Source of the DNA: an uncultured Chloroflexia bacterium
Lineage (GTDB): Bacteria > Chloroflexota > Limnocylindria > Limnocylindrales > CSP1-4
Assembly: GCA_963771795.1 (NCBI GenBank)
Contig: CAVYUR010000001.1
Location: 129,880-193,879, forward strand
Direction: 5' to 3'
DNA: 64,000 nucleotides
Shown one piece after another: positions 56,420-64,000 of the stretch. Position 1 is the first letter of the stretch. Every line of letters begins with the position of its first letter. Made by a program: the position numbers and the translations under genes. The notes beneath the pieces are model-generated. The model saw only the letters and a list, made by a program, of their open reading frames with translations. It made no database searches and had not been told where the DNA came from.

Positions 56420-57619
56420 CTAGCTCTCGTCCAGTCCCGAGTCGAACGGATCCGGCGGAGGCGGCGGAACGCCTGGCTTGATCGTCACCTTCGTGCCGGT
56501 CTGCATGACCTGGACGAACGTCTGCCCGACGGTCAGCTTGACGACCTTGCCCTTGGCATCGAAGAAGAGCGTCGGCTTCGTCAGGGAGTCCTTCCGCCAC
56601 GTGCCCTTGATGGTCGTCCCGTTCGTCGAGATCCACGCGGTTCCCTTGCCGACAACCTGTGCCTCGAGGCGGTTCTTCCTCGAGCCGTCGTTCAGCGGCC
56701 CGAACTTCATCAGCATGATCACGACGTTCTTCGGGGCGACGCGGGCGCCGGTCGCCGCGTCGACCTGCTTCTTTTCGCCGGTGACCGACCGCAGGTACGT
56801 GTTCGACGTCCAGTCGTAGTCGTAGCGAATCTTGTTGGCGGAGTAGCCGACGTCGATCCGGCCACCGCGGGGCCGGAACGACGCCTGGAGATCCGGGCCG
56901 AAGGTCCAGGCCGGTGTCATCGGCCCGTCTGTCGCCTTGACCGACTTGGCGAGGCTCCGGAGGTGCTTGCCGTCCGTGTAGAGGTTGTGCGGCGCGTACC
57001 GGTCCTTGACGCGCCAGAACGACTTCGCCCAGCGGAACTCGTCGGCGTTGTAGACGAGCTGCCCTTGGCCTTTCGAGCGAAGCGTCTGGAGCGCCTGCGG
57101 TGAGCCGCCCGCGTGGGCGTAGACGGCCCGCCACTCGGCGGCCCAGGCGATGTAGTAGTAGCGCGCGCTCCGGACGGGTCCAACGGCAGCCGGAATGTTC
57201 TCCTGGAAGATCAGCATGTAGCGCGGGATTCCGCCTTCGGCGGGCGCCTGCCAGACGACCGATGCCGCGTTGAACCCGGATTGCGGCCGAGCCGCGCTCA
57301 GGTCGTCGACCATCACCGCGATCGGGTGCTGGGCGGCGACCGCCGGCGGCACGAGACGGCCGGTCAGCGGCGCCGGTACGGGAACGGGCGTGGGAACGGG
57401 TGTCGGCGAAGGCGTCGGCGTGGGAACGGGCGTCGGCGAGGGCGTTGGGGTCGGGCTCGGCGTCGCGGTCGCGGACGGCGACGGGCTGGCCGCGGCGACC
57501 TGGCTCGGGCTGCCTGACGCCCCGGGCGCTGCGGCAGCAGCGAGGATCCCGAATCCGAGGCCGGCGGCGACGGCCGCAACGGCCAGGATCGCGACCAACG
57601 GTCGTTTCATCGGAGACAC
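56420..57619 (-). CDS. DUF3048 (YerB-like) secreted/lipoprotein
   Basis: 399 aa (or start at ATG 57610). Signal sequence, a Pro/Thr/Ser linker, then 'PIAVMVDDLSAARPQSGFN.ASVVWQAPAEGGIPRYMLIFQ', which is typical of DUF3048. Confidence 0.8.
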   Translation of the reverse strand: MSPMKRPLVAILAVAAVAAGLGFGILAAAAAPGASGSPSQVAAASPSPSATATPSPTPTPSPTPVPTPTPSPTPVPTPVPVPAPLTGRLVPPAVAAQHPIAVMVDDLSAARPQSGFNAASVVWQAPAEGGIPRYMLIFQENIPAAVGPVRSARYYYIAWAAEWRAVYAHAGGSPQALQTLRSKGQGQLVYNADEFRWAKSFWRVKDRYAPHNLYTDGKHLRSLAKSVKATDGPMTPAWTFGPDLQASFRPRGGRIDVGYSANKIRYDYDWTSNTYLRSVTGEKKQVDAATGARVAPKNVVIMLMKFGPLNDGSRKNRLEAQVVGKGTAWISTNGTTIKGTWRKDSLTKPTLFFDAKGKVVKLTVGQTFVQVMQTGTKVTIKPGVPPPPPDPFDSGLDES

Positions 57620-57846
57620 GGCGTCTGGGAGTCCATGGTGCCTCGAGGCTTGGTGCAGGATCGCGCAGCTTGTGACGGCGCCGTCGAGTCGACGGTGACG
57701 GTGCCCACCGAGTTCCGACGCCGCAGGATACCCCAGCGACCGCGCGGCGCCATCTCGGCCGAGCGTAAGGTCGATCGAGGACGCAGCCGTGCGTCACGCG
57801 GTAGGCTGCCTGCAGACACCACGCCCGAGCCAGAGCGAGGGAACCA

Positions 57847-58740
57847 ATGCCCGACGAAGAGCAGCCCGACGCCGCAGCCGACGAACCGACGGCAGAGACC
57901 CCGCCAACGGACGGAGAGCCAGGCGGCGCCGACGCGCTCGCGAACGCCGAAGAGGCGGCGATCCTCGAGGCCGCCGCGGAGGCGGCGAGGGTGGATCCGG
58001 CAAAGACCGAGCTTGCGCCGAGCGAGGAAGGCAGCGACGCCGACGCGGGCTCCGCCGAGACAACGGATACGACCTCGGACGAGCCTGCCGCCGACGAGCC
58101 GGCCGCGGACGAGGCGGCCGCCGATGAGCCGGCCGCCGACACGGCCCCGCCGGAGCCCGCCAAGGAAGCCCCGGCCAAGGAAGCCAAGCCGACCGTCATC
58201 CGGCCGAAGGAAACGACGAGCCGCAAGGCTGCCGCGAAACCCCGTCCGGGCCTCGCCGCGTCCGCCACGGCCCTCGAGACGTCGCCGGCCCGCCTTGATC
58301 CTGCCCTCACGAGGCTCGATTCCGTCCTGATACGGGATCGCAGCACAGAGCAGGTCACCGCGACCAACCTCGACGTCAGCCGCGGCGGAATCGGCCGGGC
58401 GCAGGCTGTCGATATCGCGGTCTCGCAGGGCGGGATCGGCATGGCCAGGGGCGATCGCGTCTCGGTCGAGATGGGGGCCGTGGGGGCGGCGATCGCCGGC
58501 GAGGTCCGTGTGACCCAGGGTGCCGTCGGCACCGTCCTTGCCCGCGACGTCCGCATCGAGCAGGCCGCCGTCAGGACGATCGTCGCCAACAACGTCCGGT
58601 TCGAGCGGACGACCGGGGTCCTCGTGCTCCTCGCGCGACGCGTCGAAGGCAATGTGCGCGTGCTGCTCGACTGGCGCGGCGCGCTCGCGTTTGGAGCGGC
58701 GTTCGGCGTGATCGTGTCGATTTTCCGGCGCCGGAAATAG
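57847..58740 (+). CDS. Acidic disordered N-terminus + ~15-aa beta-solenoid-like repeats + C-terminal TM anchor; unknown function
   Basis: 297 aa. 'DEPAADEPAADEAAADEPAAD'. Repeats 'VSRGGIGRAQAVDIA / VSQGGIGMARGDRVS / VEMGAVGAAIAGEVR / VTQGAVGTVLARDVR / IEQAAVRTIVANNVR'. Ends 'ALAFGAAFGVIVSIFRRRK'. Confidence 0.55.
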   Translation: MPDEEQPDAAADEPTAETPPTDGEPGGADALANAEEAAILEAAAEAARVDPAKTELAPSEEGSDADAGSAETTDTTSDEPAADEPAADEAAADEPAADTAPPEPAKEAPAKEAKPTVIRPKETTSRKAAAKPRPGLAASATALETSPARLDPALTRLDSVLIRDRSTEQVTATNLDVSRGGIGRAQAVDIAVSQGGIGMARGDRVSVEMGAVGAAIAGEVRVTQGAVGTVLARDVRIEQAAVRTIVANNVRFERTTGVLVLLARRVEGNVRVLLDWRGALAFGAAFGVIVSIFRRRK

Positions 58741-58796
58741 GCGCGTCTCGCGTCGCGCCCGACGGCCTTCTGAAGGGCCGCGGGACCGGGCTCGGC

Positions 58797-58802
58797 TATA
58801 CT
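58797..58802 (+). promoter_or_regulatory. -10-like TATACT upstream of the Wbp-type gene string (~70-nt leader, SD AGGAG)
   Basis: Lies in the 136-bp gap after the 57847..58740 gene. It is preceded by an imperfect hairpin, GGCCTTCTGAAGGGCC. Confidence 0.3.
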
Positions 58803-58876
58803 CGACGACCGGCCTGCGCCCCTCGCGCGATCGCTCGTCCGCAGACCCGGTCCCGCTGATAGGAGCCCACCGACAC

Positions 58877-59550
58877 GTGATCGATCCCTCCGCGCGCGTC
58901 CACGCGACCGCGGATCTCGAATCCGATGTGAACGTCGGGGCCGGGACGAGCATCTGGCACCGGGCCCAGCTCAGGGCGGGCGCCACGGATCGGGTCTGAA
59001 TGCGTCATCGGTCGAGACGTGTTCATCGATGAGGGCGTGTCGATCGGCGACCGGGTCAAGATCCAGAACGCCGCGCTGGTCTACCACGGCGTCACCGTCG
59101 AGGACGGCGTCTTCATCGGCCCCGGGGCAATCCTGACCAACGACCGCTACCCGCGGGCGATTACCTCGACCGGCGAGCTCGCAACGCGCCACCGACTGGA
59201 AGGTCTCGCCGATCACCGTCCGCTACGGCTCATCGGTCGGAGCCGGTGCCGTCGTCGTGGCCGGCGTCGAGGTCGGCCGCTTTGCGACCGTCGGTGCCGG
59301 AGCCGTCGTGACCCGGAGCGTCCCGAACCACGCCCTCGTCGCGGGCAGCCCGGCCCGCAGGATCGGCTGGGTGTGCGCCTGCGGGGCGCGCCTCGTCGAC
59401 GCCAACGGCGATCCTGTCCAGGCCGAGCCCGGTCGCTATGCCGCCCGCACGGATCTCCTCTGCGCCAACTGCGGCCGCCGCTACGCCTACGTCCCTGATG
59501 CCGAGACGCTCGAGGAGCGATCCGGCCCGCGCCAAGGAGCACCAGCATGA
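58877..59550 (+). pseudogene. WbpD/WlbB-type left-handed-beta-helix N-acetyltransferase, reading frame broken twice (+1 near 58985 and 59193)
   Basis: SD AGGAG, then GTG 58877. The three segments read 'VIDPSARVHATADLESDVNVGAGTSIWHRAQLRAGA', 'RIGSECVIGRDVFIDEGVSIGDRVKIQNAALVYHGVTVEDGVFIGPGAILTND' and 'DWKVSPITVRYGSSVGAGAVVVAGVEVGRFATVGAGAVV...GSPARRIGWVC', each in a successive frame. Confidence 0.7.
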
Positions 59551-60701
59551 TCCCGATCGCCCGTCCCGATCTCGGCCCCGAAGAGCTTGAGGCGGTGACG
59601 GAGGTCCTCGGGAGCGGGATGATCGCCCAGGGGCGCAAGGTCGCGGAACTCGAGGAACGCTGGGCGGAGTTCATCGGCGTCCGCCATGCGATCGCCATGG
59701 TCGAACGGCACCGTTGCCCTGATGTCGATCTTCTCGGGGATCGGCCTCGAGCCCGGCGACGAGGTGATCACGGTCTCCCACACGTTCGCCGCGACCGCGA
59801 ACGCGATTCTGTATACCGGCGCGACGCCGGTCTTCATCGACATCGAGCCCGACACCTACCTCATCGACGCGAAGCAGATCGAGGCCGCGATCACGCCGCG
59901 GACCAGGGCGATCTGCCCGGTCCACCTCTTCGGGCTCGTCGCCGACATGGACATGATCCAGGGCGATCGCCGACCGCCACGGGCTCGCCGTCGTCGAGGA
60001 CGCCTGCCAGGCCCACGGCGCGACGTTCCGCGGCCGCAAGGCGGGCAGCTTCGGCCACGGCGCATTCAGCCTCTACGCGACGAAGAACATGACGACGGCC
60101 GAGGGCGGCTTCGTCACGACCAACGACGACGGCTGGCCGACTGGCTGCGCCTCTATCGCAACCAGGGCATGCGGGCCCGCTACCAGTTCGAGATGCTCGG
60201 CTTCAACTTCCGGCTGACCGACCTCGCCGCCGCGATCGGGCTCGCCCAGCTCGCCAAGCTCGCCGCGCAACACGGCCCGCCGCCAGGCGATCGCGGCCGC
60301 GCTACGACGACGGCATTCGGCGAGCTGCCGATCGGCCTGCCGATCACGCCCGACGGCCGGACCCACGTCTTCCACCAGTACACGATCGACGTCGGCGGAG
60401 CGCGCGACGCGATCGTCGCCGACCTCCGCGAGGCCGGCGTCGGGGCGGACATCTACTACCCGATCCCCGTCCATCGCCAGGCATACATCATGGAGCGGGG
60501 CCTCCACGCGGACCTGCCGGTGACCGACGCCGCCGCGGCGCGGACGCTTGCCCTGCCGATGTTCCCCGGCCTGACCGACGCGGAGCAGGACGCAGGTGAT
60601 CGACGCGCGTCAGGACGGCCGTCGGGCGCCACCTCGGCGCCGGCACGGCGAGCGGCGCGACCGCGGTCGCAGCACCCGACGCCGGTATCGCCGCCCGATG
60701 A
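59547..60701 (+). pseudogene. WbpE/DegT-type PLP aminotransferase, about 8 frame changes
   Basis: The segments 'MIPIARPDLGPEELEAV', 'NGTVALMSIFSGIGLEPGDEVITVSHTFAATANAI', '[49 protein letters not shown]', 'LRLYRNQGM', 'RRQAIAA', 'THVFHQYTI' and 'YYPIPVHRQ' alternate between frames. Changes lie near 59703, 59962, 60131(-1), 60265, 60302, 60316, 60592 and 60608. Confidence 0.7.
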
Positions 60702-60722
60702 TCGGAGCCTGGCGCCCGGCCG

Positions 60723-61761
60723 GTGATCGCGCCGCTGCGCGTCGGCCTGGCGGGTCTCGGGTCGATGGGCCGCAACCACCTGCGGATCCTCGCCGGACGC
60801 ACGGACCTGCGCCTCGTCGCCGTCGCCGATCCCGTCGCCGAGGCGCTCGAGGCAGCGACAGCCGATCTCCGGCGCCCAGGGTTTCGCCGAACCGCTGGCG
60901 ATGATCGCGGAGGCCGAGCTCGACGCGATCGTCGATCGCCGCGCCGACCACCGCCCACGTGCCCCTTGCCCTCGCGGCGATCGAGCGCGGGATCGGCCGG
61001 TCCTCGTCGAGAAGCCGCTCGCGGCCACGGTCGATGAGGGGATGCGCGATCGTCGCACGCGGCGCGAGACCGCGGCGTGCCCGTCCAGGTGGGCCACGTC
61101 GAGCGGTTCAACCCCGCCGTCCTCGAGCTCGGCCGGCTGCATCGGCGAGGGCTGGCTGTCGGCCGGTCTACGCGATCGCCTCGCGCCGGGCCGGCCCGTT
61201 CCCGGCCAGGATCCGGGACGTCGGGGTGACCGTCGACCTCGCGACCCACGACGTCGACATCCTCTCGTGGATCGCCGGCGAGCGGCCGACGCGCGTTTAC
61301 GCCGAGACTGCCCAGCGAATCCACGCCGACCACGAGGATCTGCTCTTCGGGCTGCTCCACTTCCCGTCCGGGTGCCACCGGGATGCTCGACGTCAACTGG
61401 CTGACGCCGGCCAAGCGACGCCAGCTCGTCGTCGTCGGCGAGGAGGGGATGTTCGAGCTCGACTACCTGACCCAGCGCCTGACCTTCACCAGGGCGACCG
61501 ACACGACCAACCCGCGCCTGATCGGCGGCTACGCGCCGACCTTCGAGGGCGAGGTGGCCGAGCTTCCGGTCGCCTCCGCCGAGCCGCTCGCGGCGGAGCT
61601 GGACGCGTTCCTCGGGATCGTCAGGAACGGCGGCCGGCCGATCGTCGACGCCGAGGACGGCCTGTGGGCCGTTGCCGTGGCCACGTCCCTGCTCGAAGTC
61701 GGCGGCGGGTGGCAACGCGATCGATCTGTCCGCGCTGTCCGCGCGGTTCGCCCTCGCATGA
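60723..61761 (+). pseudogene. WbpB/Gfo-Idh-MocA-type NAD oxidoreductase, about 9 frame changes
   Basis: The segments 'LRVGLAGLGSMGRNHLRIL', 'IAAPTTAHVPLALAAIERGI', 'PVLVEKPLA', 'VPVQVGHVERFNPAV', 'VYAIASRRAGPFPARIRDVGVTVDLATHDVDI' and 'MLDVNWLTPAKRR' are spread over all three frames. Changes lie near 60864, 60934, 60996(-1), 61048, 61067, 61140, 61165, 61373 and ~61708. Confidence 0.7.
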
Positions 61762-63201
61762 CGATCGTCGTCGCGACCGACGCGCGGTGCCAAGTCCCTC
61801 CTCGGGGGCTCGATCGAGCTGCCGGTCAACGCGTGCGGCCACGAGCCAGGCGGTCGAGGTCAGCCCGTGGACGGGCGAGCCCGGAACGGCCGGCCGGGTC
61901 GCGGTCGTCGGCGCCGGCAAGATGGGCCTGCCGCTGGCAGCCCAGTTCGCAGGCCACGGCTGGCGCGTCATCGCGGTCGACGTCCAGCAGGCGGTCGTCG
62001 ACGCGATCAACGAGGGCCGATCGCACGTCGAGGAGGAGCCGGGGCTCGCCGAGCTGGTCCGCGCGGCGCACGATCGCGGGCCGACTCCGAGCCACGACCG
62101 ATGGCGCCGCCGCAGCCCGTCGAGGCCGACGTCGTCGTGCTCATCGTGCCGGTCATGCTCGACGACGAGCAGCAGCCCGACTATCGCTACATGGACGCGG
62201 CGGTCGACGCCGATCGCCCCGGGCGTCCATGCCGGCTCGCTCGTGATCTTCGAGACGACGCTGCCGGTCGGCGACACGCGGGAACGGTTCACGCCCCGGC
62301 TCGAGGCGGCGTCCGGGCTCAAGGCGGACGAGGACTTCTTCGTGGCGTTCTCGCCGGAGCGGCTCTACAGCGGCGCAGCGCTCCGCAACCTCGCGACCTA
62401 CCCGAAGCTCGTCGGCGGGATCGGGCCGGCCTCCACGGCCCGGGCGGCGGCGTTCTACGACGCGGTCCTCGACACCGAGATCGTCGCGATGTCGCAACGC
62501 CGAGGCGGCCGAGTTCAGCAAGCTCGCCGACACGACCTATCGCGACGTCAACATCGCCCTCGCCAACGAGTTCGCCCGCTACGCCGAACGGATCGGCGTC
62601 GACATCCACGAGGTGATCGCCGCGGCGAACAGCCAGCCCTACTCCCACATCCATCAGCCCGGCCTCGGGGTCGGCGGGCACTGCATCCCGGTCTATCCGC
62701 ACTTCCTCCTGTCGCGCGCGCCGGAGCTCGAGCTCGTGGAGCTGTCGCGTCGAACGAACGACGGCCAGGTCGGCGTCGCGATCAAGGCCCTTCGAGCAGG
62801 AGCTCGGCGGCCTGCGAGGGGGTCCCGATCCTCGTCCTCGGCCTGACCTACCGCCACGGCGTCAACGAGCTCGCCTACTCACGGGCCCTGCCGCTGATCG
62901 AGCGGCTCATCCACCAGGGCGCCGTCGTGTCGGCCTTCGACCCGCTGCTGGACGCCGAGGAGATCGAGCGCATCGGCGCCGTCGCCGTGGCGCTGGGGCG
63001 AGCCGGGTCCGTTCCGGGCGATCGTCACCCAGACGGCGGATCCGCTCTTCGCGACGCTCGACCCGGGCCTGGTTCCCGGAACTCGCGGTCGTGTTCGACG
63101 GCCGCGACAGCCTCCGAGACCTCGTCCTGCCAGACGGCGTCGCCTACCGCGGGATCGGCGTGCCCGGACGGGCCGCCGCCGCTGCTCCGACCGCGAGCTG
63201 A
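61758..63201 (+). pseudogene. WbpA-type nucleotide-sugar (UDP-GlcNAc/ManNAc) 6-dehydrogenase, at least 8 frame changes
   Basis: The segments 'RVAVVGAGKMGLPLAAQFA', 'VEADVVVLIVPVMLD', 'IAPGVHAGSLVIFETTLPVGDT', 'FFVAFSPERL', 'NAEAAEFSKLADTTYRDVNIALANEF', 'GLGVGGHCIPVYP' and 'VPILVLGLTYRHG' alternate frames. Changes lie near 62078, 62118, 62212, 62495, 62790, 62821, 62984 and 63069. The first ~40 codons are unresolved. ATGA overlap with the upstream gene. Confidence 0.65.
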
Positions 63202-63261
63202 TCGCTCCTGCACGGCGCTGCGGGCGCCACCCCAGCGAACGCCACGCACTAGGCTGACCCG

Positions 63262-64000
63262 GTGCGAATCGTCAGCGTCGTCGGGACGCGCCCCCAGCTG
63301 ATCAAGGCCGCGGCGCTGCTGCCGGTGCTGCGGCGCCGTCACGACGACGTCTTCGTCGACACCGGCCAGCACTGGGACGACGCGATGGCCGGTGACTTCT
63401 TCGCCGAGCTCGGCCTGCCGCAGCCGGATCATGCCCTCGGGATCGGGGGCGGCTCGGCGGCCGACGCAGATCGGGCGGATGCTGCCGTCGATCGCGACCG
63501 GTCCTCGCGGATGAGCGTCCGGATGCCGTGCTCGTCTACGGCGACACGAACTCGACCCTCGCGGGCGCCCTCGCGGCGTCGAAGCTCGGCGATCCCGGTC
63601 GCCCATGTCGAGGCCGGCCTGCGCAGCTTCGACCGGCGGATGCCCGAGGAGACAACCGGGTCGTCGACCGACCACCTGTCGCGCTGGCTCTTCGCGCCGA
63701 CCCCGACGGCGGTCGCGAACCTCGCTGCCGAGGGAATCGCCGACGGCGTCGTCCTCGTCGGCGACCTGATGCAGGACCTGGCAGCCCGCGTTGCCGCGGA
63801 GGTCCGCGACGGGGCGGCCGTGCTCCCGTCGATCGCCCGGCGATTTGGCCTGGACCTCGCGCCCGGCGGCTATCTGTTCGCGACGATCCACCGTGCCGAG
63901 AACCGCAGCCTCGAAGCAATCCGTGCCTGGGCGGCGCTCCTCGCCGCGGCGGCGAGCCCGGACCGACCGGTCGTCCTCGCTCTCCACCCGGGGACGCGCG
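63262..64000 (+). pseudogene. WbpI/WecB-type UDP-GlcNAc(3NAcA) 2-epimerase, 5' part (runs off the window), 5 frame changes
   Basis: GTG 63262, 'RIVSVVGTRPQLIKAA'. Frame jumps follow near 63460, 63500, 63591, 63652(-1) and 63666, around '[30 protein letters not shown]', '[20 protein letters not shown]', 'NRVV' and 'TDHLS'. The frame is clean from 63667 to the window end. Confidence 0.7.

Noticed and set aside
57390-57449. 30-bp x2 DNA tandem repeat (and 15-bp x4 at 58078-58140)
   Set aside because: Both lie inside coding regions and simply encode low-complexity linkers: a PT-rich linker in DUF3048 and DEPAA units in the 57847 gene. They are not independent elements.
55902-58652. 916-aa ORF on the minus strand
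   Set aside because: It is antisense to the GT4 gene and the 57847 gene and out of frame with DUF3048. It is Arg/Ser/Ala-rich low complexity. It is a shadow ORF.
60959-63301. 780-aa plus-strand ORF that looks like one long gene
   Set aside because: It is a chimera. Only scattered segments of it ('VYAIASRRAGPFPARIRDVG...', 'RVAVVGAGKMG...', 'IAPGVHAGSLVIFETT...', 'VPILVLGLTYRHG...') are real coding sequence, and they belong to two different frame-broken genes. The rest is out-of-frame Arg-rich read-through.
1-64000. Mobile elements, prophage, defence systems, tRNA/rRNA genes
   Set aside because: I recognised no transposase, integrase, recombinase, restriction or Cas-type motif in any frame, and no tRNA T-arm (GGTTCGAATCC-like) or rRNA signatures. 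RadC is in its canonical radC-mreBC housekeeping context, not a defence island.

Overview
High-GC (about 70% by eye) chromosomal segment with roughly 60 protein genes. It looks like a Gram-positive-type, Actinomycetota-like genome, based on UPF0182, SigK/RskA, DUF3048, DUF385 and many leaderless genes. It also has Firmicutes-like touches: radC-mreB-mreC, tmk...darA and a SpoIIIAA-like ATPase. I recognised no rRNA, tRNA, CRISPR array, transposase or integrase. Left third: a leucine-catabolic cluster (methylcrotonyl-CoA carboxylase, hydratase, HMG-CoA lyase), pdxST, TldD/PmbA, a NicO-type metal transporter, tmk-sigK-rskA, a GAF-GGDEF cyclase beside a DarA-type c-di-AMP receptor, and guaB3/guaA. 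Middle: the UPF0182 neighbourhood, then uncharacterised zinc-ribbon, membrane and CPBP-protease genes, then radC-mreB-mreC. Right third (46-64 kb): a large envelope-glycan region. It holds rmlABDC, a secreted caspase-fold-like protein, a ~1,096-aa GH18-SH3-triple-repeat protein, a Ppm1-like GT2, a GT4, a DUF3048 lipoprotein, a beta-solenoid-like membrane protein, and all five enzyme types of the UDP-2,3-diacetamido-2,3-dideoxy-mannuronate (WbpA/B/E/D/I-type) pathway. Most unusual observations: (1) At least 32 reading-frame changes, 29 of them +1, are packed into the five Wbp-type genes at 58.9-63.7 kb, against only 3 (also +1) in the preceding 59 kb. I favour an insertion-biased consensus artefact over real decay, but this needs read-level checking. 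(2) An excisionase/MerR-type HTH is fused to the MCCase alpha subunit. (3) A 1.2-kb AT-richer island carries 24-bp tandem repeats, a GAATAC motif array and strong hairpins around an orphan 73-aa gene. (4) A very regular TAnnnT-N6-10-start-codon geometry suggests widespread leaderless transcription. (5) Several uncharacterised secreted or membrane proteins are worth follow-up. All family assignments come from motif recognition by eye. No database search was run.
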